A stretch of 64,000 bases of DNA, taken from an uncultured delta proteobacterium (GTDB lineage: Bacteria > Myxococcota_A > Polyangia > Fen-1088). The notes under the pieces are model-generated. The model was not told the DNA's origin. It worked only from the letters and a program-made list of their open reading frames with translations, and did no database searches. The DNA lies in contig CAVYGB010000002.1 of the NCBI GenBank assembly GCA_963767925.1, forward strand, positions 32,001 through 96,000, in the 5' to 3' direction. Position 1 is the first letter of the stretch; each line of letters starts with the position of its first letter. This document shows, one piece after another, positions 1-8,856 of this stretch. The position numbers and the translations under genes were made by a program.

Positions 1-419
1 TCGGCCTCGAGAGTGGCCAGGTAGGCGTAGAGGGCGCGGGCGTCGTCGCTGTCGCGATCGAGGCGGCCGCCGCGCATGAACTGGCGGTAGCAGGCGGTCA
101 CCGCCTCGAAGAGGTCGAGGATGGAGCCGCCCCAGTAGCTCGGCCGGGCGGTGACGCCGGCGAGCGGGCTGCCCGGGAAGGTGCGGGCGCCCTCCCCGGC
201 CCGGGTCGGGTGGCACGTGGCGCAGGAGAAGGCGTTGTAGACGGAGGGGGAGAACGCCGGATCGCTGGCCACCTCGGCGCCCCGCTCGGCGGCGGTGACG
301 GTGCGCGAGCATCCCCCCAGCAGCGGCAGCACCGACGCTGCGGCGACGAACATCGAGGCCCACGCCTGGGAAGGGGCGCGGGGTGCTACGCCGGGGCGCG
401 CGCGGGGGGCGGGGGTCAT
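1..419 (-). CDS. c-type cytochrome lipoprotein, TsdA/SoxA-like heme domain (partial, runs off window start)
   Basis: Manual translation from ATG at 419: lipobox-like LLGGC, FSCATCH heme motif, then PSYWGG..LFEAVTACYRQFMRG..DARALYAYL. ATGA overlap with the upstream gene. Absent from the ORF track because it is truncated. Confidence 0.75.
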   Translation of the reverse strand, partial: MTPAPRARPGVAPRAPSQAWASMFVAAASVLPLLGGCSRTVTAAERGAEVASDPAFSPSVYNAFSCATCHPTRAGEGARTFPGSPLAGVTARPSYWGGSILDLFEAVTACYRQFMRGGRLDRDSDDARALYAYLATLEA

Positions 420-1606
420 GGGGCGGTGAAGGCGATGGCGTCGGGGTAGACGCCGAGGTCGGTGCGGGCGGCGATGTCGAGGGTGGTGGGGTCGATCTCG
501 ACGAGCGTGCCGGGGGACTGGCGGTCGCCTTCGCAGACGACGAGGTAGCGGCCGTCGGGGGTGCGGGCGGCCTCGTGGGGGCGCTGGCAGTCGGCGCGGG
601 TGAAGCTGCGGGCCTTGCGCATCGTCAGGGTCGGGGTGTCGAGGACGACCAGGCCGTCGGGGCTCTGGACGGGGACGATCAACGTGGCGGCGTCGGGGCC
701 GAGGGCGGGGAAGAAGGCGGCCCCGCGGACCGGGGCGGTGCGCTCGGCGGGGAAGGTACGGGTGGCGACGTCGAAGGCGCGCACGTCACGGCTCTCGGTG
801 TTGCTGACGTAGACGGTGGCGCCGTCGGGCGAGAGGAGGGCGGCGTAGGGGCCGTACTGGATCGAGCTGCCGCTGCCGGGGCTGGGGCCGACCGGGACGC
901 GGGTCACCGGGAAGCTGGGGTCGTCGAGGGCGACGACGGCGAGCTCGTCGGAGCCGTAACAGGCGACGTAGGCGGTGCGGCTGTCGGGGCTGATGGCGAG
1001 GCCGTGGGCGGCCATGCCGACGCGCACGGCGCCCACCCGGTCCAGGGTGACGGCGTCGTAGATGAGGAGGGTCGAGCGGCGCGCGTCCTCGCCGCCGGGG
1101 CCAGTAGCGCGCATGGCGAGGGTGAGATCGAAGTGGGTGACGAGGACGCGCTTGCCGTCGGGGGTCAGCTTGACGTCGCCCGGGTTGACGTCGGTGCTGG
1201 CGCGCGCCTCGATGCGCAGGTCATCGAGGCCGAGGCGCACGAGCTGGCCCAGGAGCTGGCCGGTGCCGTGGCTGGCGTGGGGGCCGGTCGAGGTGGTCGG
1301 CGGCGGATAGGCGAAGGCGGTGAAGACGACGCCGGCGGCCGGATCGATGGCGAGGTGGTGGGGGCCGTCGTTCTCGATGGGGTCGAGGCCGATGGGGACG
1401 CGGGCCAGGGTGCGGAGGCCCGCCAGGTCGACCAGCGAGAGGGTGTCCGAGCCGTTGTCCGTGACCAGGGCCAGGGGGCCCCCGCTCGTCGGGCGCGGCA
1501 GGGGCGTGCTTCGATCGGGCCAGGCTTCGCCGGAAAACCGTTCGACGGACTCCTGCACACAAGCGAGGGGGGCCGCCAGCAGAGCGCAAAGCGGCAAGCA
1601 GCGCAT
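416..1606 (-). CDS. YVTN/YncE-type beta-propeller lipoprotein
   Basis: Lipobox PLAC; repeats such as LVTDNGSDTLSLVD, AISPDSRTAYVA, LSPDGATVYVSN. Confidence 0.8.
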   Translation of the reverse strand: MRCLPLCALLAAPLACVQESVERFSGEAWPDRSTPLPRPTSGGPLALVTDNGSDTLSLVDLAGLRTLARVPIGLDPIENDGPHHLAIDPAAGVVFTAFAYPPPTTSTGPHASHGTGQLLGQLVRLGLDDLRIEARASTDVNPGDVKLTPDGKRVLVTHFDLTLAMRATGPGGEDARRSTLLIYDAVTLDRVGAVRVGMAAHGLAISPDSRTAYVACYGSDELAVVALDDPSFPVTRVPVGPSPGSGSSIQYGPYAALLSPDGATVYVSNTESRDVRAFDVATRTFPAERTAPVRGAAFFPALGPDAATLIVPVQSPDGLVVLDTPTLTMRKARSFTRADCQRPHEAARTPDGRYLVVCEGDRQSPGTLVEIDPTTLDIAARTDLGVYPDAIAFTAP

Positions 1607-1621
1607 TCGCGTCAGCCTACC

Positions 1622-2281
1622 TCACGGACCGCGGCGGCGACCGAGGAAATAGAAGGCGCCGGCGACGGCCAGAACGACGGCGAAGGTCAGCGCACCGCTG
1701 CCGAAGCTGCGGCTGTGGGCCCCCGTCAACGCATAGAGCAGACACGAGGGAAAGGTGCCCGCCGTGCTGGCGGCGAGGAACCGGGGCCAGCGCAGGGGCG
1801 AGCCGCCGGCGAGGATGGCGGTGGTCTCGGCGAGCAGCGGGATCGGCCGCGTCACGACGACGGCCAGGGCGCCCCAGCGGGCCAGCAGCGCGTCGGCGTG
1901 GGCCTTCTCGGCGGGGGACACCAGGCGCTCGATCAGCCGCTCGCTGCGGCGGCCGATGAGAAACCCGAGGGCCGAGGCGCCGACGCTGCCGACCAGCGAC
2001 AGCAGGGTGCCGGACAGCACGCCGAACAGGGCGCCGTTGCCGATCATGAGGACGCTCGAGGGGACCGGCAGGAACACGTCGGCGACCAGCAGCAGGACCG
2101 AGAGCACGGCCGCCCATGGGCCGCCGGCGGCGAGCAGGTGCGAGGGGTCCTGCAGAAGCCGCACGTCCCGCCACTCGACGACGGCGAAGAGGGCGAGCAG
2201 GAGGATCAGGAGCGCCAGGGTGACGAGCCAGTAGCGGCGCAAAGGGGCGCCGGCGGGGGGCGGCGGCGAGGCGGGCAGCAT
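1622..2281 (-). CDS. DedA/VTT (TVP38/TMEM64) family membrane protein
   Basis: LPVPSS..GALFG..GFLIGR and VVTRPIPLLAE motifs; multiple TM helices; start at ATG 2281 is approximate. Confidence 0.85.
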   Translation of the reverse strand: MLPASPPPPAGAPLRRYWLVTLALLILLLALFAVVEWRDVRLLQDPSHLLAAGGPWAAVLSVLLLVADVFLPVPSSVLMIGNGALFGVLSGTLLSLVGSVGASALGFLIGRRSERLIERLVSPAEKAHADALLARWGALAVVVTRPIPLLAETTAILAGGSPLRWPRFLAASTAGTFPSCLLYALTGAHSRSFGSGALTFAVVLAVAGAFYFLGRRRGP

Positions 2282-2319
2282 GGAGGTGAGCGGGGCGCTC
2301 GAGCGGGGCGAGCCCCGGA

Positions 2320-2365
2320 CCCTCACCCTTACCCTCTCCCGCTGCCGCGGGCGAGGGCAAACAGG
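2320..2365 (+). repeat. boxC/REP-like palindromic element, copy 1
   Basis: CCCTCACCCTTACCCTCTCCCGC..GCGGGCGAGGGCAAACAGG; related copies near 34411, 38404 and 54447. Confidence 0.75.
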
Positions 2366-2430
2366 TGGCGGTGAGAAGGAGGGCTGAGCCGTTGGGGCGG
2401 CGTGCGCGCTGCCCCTGTCACCGATGTCCC

Positions 2431-2493
2431 GTCCACTCTCCTGTCACCCAGTCCTGTCCACTCTCCAGTCACCCAGTCCTGTCCACTCTCCAG
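2431..2493 (+). repeat. 25-bp tandem repeat, about 2.5 copies
   Basis: GTCCACTCTCC(T/A)GTCACCCAGTCCT at 2431 and 2456, partial copy at 2481. Confidence 0.85.
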
Positions 2494-2494
2494 A

Positions 2495-3250
2495 ACCTTC
2501 ACCCTTCACCCTTCTCCCTTCTCCCTTCACCCTTCACCCTTCACCCTTCACCCTTCCCTTCACCCTTCTCCCTTCACCCTTCTCCCTTCTCCCTTCTCCC
2601 TTCTCCCTTCTCCCTTCTCCCTTCTCCCTTCTCCCTTCTCCCCTTCTCCCTTCTCCCCTTCTCCCTTCTCCCTTCTCCCTTCTCCCTTCTCCCTTCTCCC
2701 TTCTCCCCTTCTCCCCTTCTCCCCTTCTCCCCTTCTCCCTTCCCTTCTCCCCTTCTCCCCTTCTCCCTTCTCCCTTCTCCCTTCTCCCTTCTCCCTTCTC
2801 CCTTCTCCCTTCTCCCTTCTCCCTTCTCCCTTCTCCCTTCTCCCTTCTCCCTTCTCCCTTCTCCCTTCTCCCTTCTCCCTTCTCCCTTCTCCCCTTCCCC
2901 CTTCCCCCTTCTCCCTTCTCCCTTCTCCCTTCTCCCTTCTCCCTTCTCCCTCATCTCCCCTTCTCCCCTTCTCCCCTTCTCCCCTTCACCCTTCTCCCTT
3001 TCACCCTTTCACCCTTTCACCCTTCACCCTTCTCCCCTTCACCCTTCTCCCTTCACCCTTCACCCTTCACCCTTCACCCTTCACCCTTCACCCTTCACCC
3101 TTCACCCTTCACCCCTTCACCCTTCACCCCTTCACCCCTTCACCCCTTCACCCCTTCACCCCTTCACCCCTTCACCCTTCACCCCTTCACCCCTCACCCC
3201 TTCACCCTTCACCCCTTCACCCTTCACCCTTCACCCTTCACCCTTCTCTT
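2495..3250 (+). repeat. Heptamer/octamer tandem repeat tract (CCCTTCT)n/(CCCTTCA)n
   Basis: Directly visible; about 750 bp essentially without G on the + strand. Confidence 0.95.
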
Positions 3251-3278
3251 CCCTGCGACGCGGGCGAGGCGCGCGGGG

Positions 3279-4451
3279 TCAGTAGGTGGTCTTGAGGGTT
3301 CGGCGGGCGGCGCGGCGTTCGATGGCGAGTTCGATCAGGCGGGTGACGAGGGCCTGGGGGGGGAGGCCGCTGGCTTCCCAGAGTTTGGGGTACATCGAGA
3401 TGGCGGTGAAGCCGGGGATGGTGTTGACCTCGTTGACGGCGAGGGCGCCTGTCTTGCGGTCGAGGAAGAAGTCGACGCGGGCCATGCCGGCGAGGTCGAG
3501 GGCGCGGAAGGTGGCGATGCTGAGCTCGCGCACGCGCTGGGCGGTCTCGGGCGGGATGTCGGCGGGGATGCGGGTCTCGGCGCCCTTCTCGTCGACGTAT
3601 TTGGCCTCGTAGGAGTAAAAGCCGTCGCGGTGGTGAACGACGATCTCGCCGGGGATCGAGGCCTGCGGGTCGTCGTTGCCGAGGACGGCGCACTCGATCT
3701 CGCGGGCGTCGACGGCCGTCTCGGCCAGGGCCTTGAGGTCGTAGCCGAGGGCGGTCTGCAGGGCGGGCAGCAGGGCGGCGGGGTCCTTCACCTTGCTCAC
3801 GCCGACCGAGGAGCCGGCGTTGGCCGGCTTGACGAACAGGGGGAAGCCGACCTCGGAGGCGCGGCGAAGGGCGGCCTCGGGATCGTGGCGGAGCTGGCCG
3901 GCGGTGACCAGGCGGTAGGGGACGACCGGGATACCGGCCTCGAGCAGCAGCCGCTTGGCGACGTCCTTGTCCATGCCGATGCCGGAGCCGAGGTGCCCCG
4001 AGCCAACGTAGGCGACGTCGGCCAGCTCGAGCAGGCCCTGCACGGTGCCGTCCTCGCCGTAGGTGCCGTGGAGCACCGGGAAGACGACGTCGTCCCGGCC
4101 GAGGATGGCGAGGGCGGAGCCGGGCTGCTCCTCGGGGGCGCGGGGCCGGTCGATCGCGCCGGCGGCAGCCTCGGGGGGCGGGGAGGCCGCGCTGGCGGCG
4201 AGCTCGGGGTGGACGGGGACGGCCACCTCCCTGGCGGCGGCGGCGAGGCGGACGGTGCGGGGATCACCGGTGGCGCCCAGCAGCGACTCGGTCGGCTCGG
4301 CCCGCCAGCGCCCCTGCTTGTCGATGCCGATGAGCAGCGGCTCGAAGCGCTCCCGGTCGAGGGCCAGGTACACGTTGCGGGCCGACAGCAGCGACACCTC
4401 GTGCTCGGCGGAGCGCCCCCCGAACAGGATGATCACCCGACGTTTCGTCAT
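3279..4451 (-). CDS. ddl: D-alanine--D-alanine ligase
   Basis: FGGRSAEHEVS, FPVLHGTYGEDG, VKPANAGSSVG, NEVNTIPGFT motifs. Confidence 0.95.
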   Translation of the reverse strand: MTKRRVIILFGGRSAEHEVSLLSARNVYLALDRERFEPLLIGIDKQGRWRAEPTESLLGATGDPRTVRLAAAAREVAVPVHPELAASAASPPPEAAAGAIDRPRAPEEQPGSALAILGRDDVVFPVLHGTYGEDGTVQGLLELADVAYVGSGHLGSGIGMDKDVAKRLLLEAGIPVVPYRLVTAGQLRHDPEAALRRASEVGFPLFVKPANAGSSVGVSKVKDPAALLPALQTALGYDLKALAETAVDAREIECAVLGNDDPQASIPGEIVVHHRDGFYSYEAKYVDEKGAETRIPADIPPETAQRVRELSIATFRALDLAGMARVDFFLDRKTGALAVNEVNTIPGFTAISMYPKLWEASGLPPQALVTRLIELAIERRAARRTLKTTY

Positions 4452-4562
4452 GCCTGCATCTCCTACCGGGTCCACGCGCCAGCGGCCAGGTCGAGCGGGA
4501 CCAAAATGATCACCCGGCCTTTCGTCAGGCCTTCGTCTCCGACCGGCCTCACGGCAGAAGAT

Positions 4563-4683
4563 CGGTCATGGTTTCGGCGTCGAGGCGCCCCGCCAGCAAG
4601 GCGCGACGACGAGTAATTCTGGACGTATTTCGAGGAGGAGCAACGCAGCTGGCGGGGATGTATCGGCGGCGAAACCATGGCCG
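4563..4683. other. Intergenic nested inverted-repeat element (about 120 nt hairpin)
   Basis: CGGTCATGGTTTCG pairs with CGAAACCATGGCCG; CCCCGCCAGC (4588) pairs with GCTGGCGGGG (4648). Confidence 0.7.
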
Positions 4684-4701
4684 AGATTCTGCCGTGAGGC
4701 A

Positions 4702-6864
4702 CTAGGCGCCGGGGGTCAGGTCGAGCTGGGCGAAGAGGAAGGAGAGCTCGTCGGTGTATTGCTCGATGAGCTTCTTCAGGGGCTTGCCGGCGCCGTGGCC
4801 GGCCTTGCTCTCGAGGCGCAGGACGATCGGGCGCTTGCCGCTGGTGGCGGCCTGCAGGCGGGCGGCCATCTTGCGGGCGTGCATGGCGTCGACCCGGCTG
4901 TCCGACTCGGCGGTGAAGAAGAGCACCGCCGGGTAGTCGACGCCCGGCTTGACCCGGTGGTAGGGCGAATACTGGTACAGCCACTTGAAGGCTTCGGGGT
5001 CGTCGGCCGAGCCGTACTCCGGGATCCAGAGCTGGGCGATGCGGAACTTCTGGTAGCGGAGCATGTCGGTGAGCGGCACGCCCGAGATCACCGCCCGGAA
5101 CAGCTCGGGCCGCTGGGTCAACACGGCCGAGGTCAGCAGGCCGCCGTTGGAGCGCCCGGAGATGGCCAGCTTGGCCGGGGAGGTGATCTTCTCGCGGATC
5201 AGGTATTCGGCCGCGCCGATGAAGTCGTCGAAGACGTTCTGCTTTCTGCCGAGCATGCCGGCCTGGTGCCAGCCCTCCCCGTATTCGGCCCCCCCGCGCA
5301 GGTTGGCCACCGCGTACACCCCGCCCTTCTCGATGAAGGGGCCCATCTGGGCGGCGAAGGCGGGCGTGAGGCTGATGTTGAAGCCGCCGTATCCGTAGAG
5401 CAGCGTCGGGTTGGCCCCGTTGCGGACCAGCCCTTTGCGGTGCACGAGGAACATCGGCACCATGGTCCCGTCCTTCGACGGATAGCGCACCTGGCTCACC
5501 TCGAACCCGGCGGGGTCGAGGGGCGAGGTGAGCTGCTGCCAGACGGTGGTGGCCGCGGGCGTGTCCTTCGCCTCGAGGTCGTGGCGGAAGATGATGGTGG
5601 GCGTGAGGTAAGAGGCGAAGCTGAAGAGCAGCTCGCGCCCGCGCGCCTGCCCCGACAGGTCGGCCGCCGTCCCCAGGCCGGGCAAGGTCACCTCGCGCAG
5701 CAGCTTGCCCTGCGGATCGAACAGCCGCACCCGTGAGGCGGCGTCCTTGAGGTAACGGGCGGCCAGGCGGCCGCCCACGTAGCTGACCGACTCGAGGGTG
5801 TCGGGCCCCTCGGCGATGATCTCCTTCCAGCCCTCGCGGGCCGGCTTGCGCGGGTCGACGGAGAACAGGCGGTAGCGCGGGGCCCCCTCGTTGGTGACCA
5901 GGTACAGGCGGTCGTCGAGCACGTCGGCGACGCGGTAGATGGCGCTCTGCCCGGTGACGACCGGGACCGGCGCCGGCGCCCCCGCCTTGCGGGTCTCGAG
6001 CAGGAAGACCTCGCTGCGGGCCCAGCCCTGGCTGACCTCGATGCCGAGCCAGCGGCCGTCGGGCGAGAGGTGGACGCTGGGCCAGTCCTTCAGGTCGCGC
6101 CCCTCGCCGAAGACCTTCGGGTCGAGGGCGGGGTCGGTCCCCAGGCGGTGGAAATAAACCGAGCGGTGGTACTTCTCCTCGCCGAGGGGCACGTTGCCGG
6201 GCAGCGGGTAGCGCGTGTAATAGAAGCCCTTGCCGTCGGGCAGCCAGGCCACCGAGCAGGCCCGGGTGCGGGTGATGACGTCGGGCAGATCGTCGCCGCT
6301 GGCCACCACGCGCACCTTCAGCACCGATTCCTCGTCGCCGTTGGCCGACACGCCGTAGGCCACGTAGCGGCCGTCCTCCGAGGGGAACCACCAGTCGAGG
6401 GCGCGGGTGCCGTCGGTCGAGAGCTGGTTGACGTCGACCAGCACGCGGTCGGCGCCGGGCTTGCCCGGCTTGCTCGCCTTGCTCGCTCCCTGGCGCAGGT
6501 AGAGCACGGGCTGGTTCTGCTTGCCGGTGCGGCGGGTGAAGAAGTAGCGGCGGGACTTGCCCTCCCCCTTCACCACCGGCACGCCGAGGGTGCCGATCTC
6601 GTGGAGCTGCCAGAGGCGGTCGGCGATGCGCTGCCGGTCGGCCACGCCGTCGAGCAGCTTGCGCATGTGGGCGTTTTGCTTGTCGGTCCAGGACCGCACC
6701 TCGTCGCTGTCGGACTTCTCCAGCCAGCGGTAGGGGTCGGCGACCTTCACCCCGTGCAGGGTATCGACGACGTCATCGGTGCGCGTCGGCACCGGCGGCG
6801 CTGGCGGCGCTGGCGGCGCCGCAGCGGTCAACAGGAGGGCTCCGACAACGACAGCTTCATACAT
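4702..6864 (-). CDS. Prolyl oligopeptidase (S9A), secreted
   Basis: DPYRWLE, YGYGGFN, GRSNGG nucleophile, DSRV, AGHG; signal peptide. Confidence 0.95.
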   Translation of the reverse strand: MYEAVVVGALLLTAAAPPAPPAPPVPTRTDDVVDTLHGVKVADPYRWLEKSDSDEVRSWTDKQNAHMRKLLDGVADRQRIADRLWQLHEIGTLGVPVVKGEGKSRRYFFTRRTGKQNQPVLYLRQGASKASKPGKPGADRVLVDVNQLSTDGTRALDWWFPSEDGRYVAYGVSANGDEESVLKVRVVASGDDLPDVITRTRACSVAWLPDGKGFYYTRYPLPGNVPLGEEKYHRSVYFHRLGTDPALDPKVFGEGRDLKDWPSVHLSPDGRWLGIEVSQGWARSEVFLLETRKAGAPAPVPVVTGQSAIYRVADVLDDRLYLVTNEGAPRYRLFSVDPRKPAREGWKEIIAEGPDTLESVSYVGGRLAARYLKDAASRVRLFDPQGKLLREVTLPGLGTAADLSGQARGRELLFSFASYLTPTIIFRHDLEAKDTPAATTVWQQLTSPLDPAGFEVSQVRYPSKDGTMVPMFLVHRKGLVRNGANPTLLYGYGGFNISLTPAFAAQMGPFIEKGGVYAVANLRGGAEYGEGWHQAGMLGRKQNVFDDFIGAAEYLIREKITSPAKLAISGRSNGGLLTSAVLTQRPELFRAVISGVPLTDMLRYQKFRIAQLWIPEYGSADDPEAFKWLYQYSPYHRVKPGVDYPAVLFFTAESDSRVDAMHARKMAARLQAATSGKRPIVLRLESKAGHGAGKPLKKLIEQYTDELSFLFAQLDLTPGA

Positions 6865-7012
6865 GGCAGCACCGGCGGACGATCAAACGATGTCGGCCCG
6901 GGTTTTACAACCAGGTTCTGCCAGGTTTTTTGCCGCGTGCGCCGGCGACGCGGCTGCGTCGGCGCTCACGTCCCCCGGCTTTCCGCGGTAAAATGACGGG
7001 GCGTTGACCCGC

Positions 7013-7633
7013 ATGCGCCACCCACCTTCCCGCGCGTACCCTTCCCGCGCGTACCTGGGGGCGGCGCTGCTCCTGCTTCTGGCCAGCGCCGCGACCGCGC
7101 GCGCGGCGGCCCCGCCGACCGCCGCCGATCTCGAGGCGGCCCGGCTGCACTACGAGCGGGCCACCGCGGCTTACGGGCTGGGCAACTACGCCGAGGCGGC
7201 CCTCAGCTACGAGCGGGCCTTCGAGCTCAAGCCCGATCCCGCCCTGCTCTACAACGCCGCCCAGGCCCACCGCCGGGCCGGCAACCGGCCGCGCGCGGTG
7301 GCGCTGTACCGGAGCTTCCTGCAGGTGTTCCCGCGGGCGGACAACCGCGAGCTGGCCGGGCGCCACCTGGCCGAGCTGGAGCGGGCCGCCGAGCCGACCC
7401 CGCCGACCTCGACGCCCCCACCCCTGCCCGCGAGCGCCACCTCCCCGCCGCCGGTGGCGCCGGTCCCCTCGCCCGCGGCCGCCCTCGCCGACCAGGCGCG
7501 CCAGCCGGTCTGGCGCCGGCCCTGGGTCTGGGTCGCCATCGGGGCGGGCGCGGTCGTCGCCGGGACCATCACCGCCATCGCGCTGTCGGGCACCGACGAC
7601 CCCCGGCCATCCTGGGGCCGGGTGGGGCCGTGA
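7013..7633 (+). CDS. Tetratricopeptide repeat protein with signal peptide and C-terminal hydrophobic segment
   Basis: YAEAALSYERAFELKPDPALLYNAAQAHR; PVWRRPWVW tail typical of myxobacterial TPR proteins. Confidence 0.75.
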   Translation: MRHPPSRAYPSRAYLGAALLLLLASAATARAAAPPTAADLEAARLHYERATAAYGLGNYAEAALSYERAFELKPDPALLYNAAQAHRRAGNRPRAVALYRSFLQVFPRADNRELAGRHLAELERAAEPTPPTSTPPPLPASATSPPPVAPVPSPAAALADQARQPVWRRPWVWVAIGAGAVVAGTITAIALSGTDDPRPSWGRVGP

Positions 7634-8718
7634 GCGCTGCGCTCCCGCCGGTCCGGCTGGCGCGCGCGACGACCCTGCTGCTGGCGCTGCTGACCGCCGG
7701 GGGCTGCCGCGACACGGCTCCCTGCGCCCCCGACACCCTGTTCCTCACCGTGGCGCTGGGCCCGGAGGCCCAGCAGGCCACCCGCCTGGCGGTGCGGGTG
7801 ATCGACGGCGGCGAGCGGGTGCTCGCGAGCGGCGAGGTGGACCGCCCGGGCGGGCAGAGCCGGGGCAGCATCGAGGTGCGCTTCGGCCGCTACCCCGCCG
7901 ACCAGGCGGTGCGGGTCGAGGTCGACGCGCGCCGGGCGGATGCCCTGGTCGCCCACCGTTCGCTGGCGGCGCGGCTGGCCGCCGGGTGCACCGCCCTCAC
8001 GATCGATCTGACCGCGTCCGACGGGGGCAGCGGCACGCCCGACGGCGCCCCGCCCGACCGGCCCGCCGATCAGAGCCCGCCGGACGCCCCCTCCGACGCC
8101 CGCCCCGACGCGTCGGCCGACGGCCCCGACGATGCGCCCGCCCCGGACGCCGGCAGCGACGGCCTCGCCGATCGCGCGCCCGACCTGCCGCCCGATGGCC
8201 CGCCCAGCGCGCTGAAGATCGTGTTCGTCACCAGCACCCGCTACACCGGCAACCTCGGCGGCCTGAGCGGGGCCCACGCGATCTGCCAGCAGGTGGCCGG
8301 CGGCGCCGGGCTGAGCGGCAGCTACCGGGCCTGGCTGAGCCAGAACATCCCCCAGCTCCCCGAGGGGCCCGCCAGCGCCATGGTCCACAGCAGCGTGCCC
8401 TACGTGCTGGTGGGCGGCCAGCAGGTGGCCGACAACTGGGACGACCTCACCGACGGCTCGCTCGACCGCCGCATCGATCAGGACGAGCGGGGCAACGCCC
8501 TGCTGCCCGCGCCACAGGACTGCCTGGGCGACGAGGTCTGGAGCAGCACCAGCGCCGCCGGCAGCCCCCGCCTGGGGGGCGACTGCTTCGGCTGGCGGTC
8601 GACGACCGGCAGCGCAAACGTGGGCAGCTCGTGGCACAGCGACGGCCGCTGGTCGGAGGGCTGTGGCAACCCGCGGACCTGCCAGACCGATCTTCCCCTG
8701 TTCTGCCTCGAGCAATGA
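7630..8718 (+). CDS. Lipoprotein with C-terminal DUF1554-like (endostatin/lectin-like) domain
   Basis: Lipobox AGGC; D/P-rich linker; IVFVTSTRYTGNLGGLSGAHAICQ...YRAWLS...LFCLEQ. Confidence 0.7.
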   Translation: MSAALPPVRLARATTLLLALLTAGGCRDTAPCAPDTLFLTVALGPEAQQATRLAVRVIDGGERVLASGEVDRPGGQSRGSIEVRFGRYPADQAVRVEVDARRADALVAHRSLAARLAAGCTALTIDLTASDGGSGTPDGAPPDRPADQSPPDAPSDARPDASADGPDDAPAPDAGSDGLADRAPDLPPDGPPSALKIVFVTSTRYTGNLGGLSGAHAICQQVAGGAGLSGSYRAWLSQNIPQLPEGPASAMVHSSVPYVLVGGQQVADNWDDLTDGSLDRRIDQDERGNALLPAPQDCLGDEVWSSTSAAGSPRLGGDCFGWRSTTGSANVGSSWHSDGRWSEGCGNPRTCQTDLPLFCLEQ

Positions 8719-8856
8719 CGGGAGCCCGCCACCGCCCGCCGGTGGTGGGTGTGGGGAGCACCTTCTCCGTCCTCGCCTCCGTCCGCTCGCGCGCGCGGCT
8801 CCCGCGGAGGCATCGAACTAGCGAGGGGGCCCGCCGGTCGCTAAGCTCATCCGGGG

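Noticed and set aside
2365..3295. Long ORFs of SPFSLLP / REKGEGR repeats
   Set aside because: Products of a stop-free heptamer repeat open in all frames; no RBS or domain
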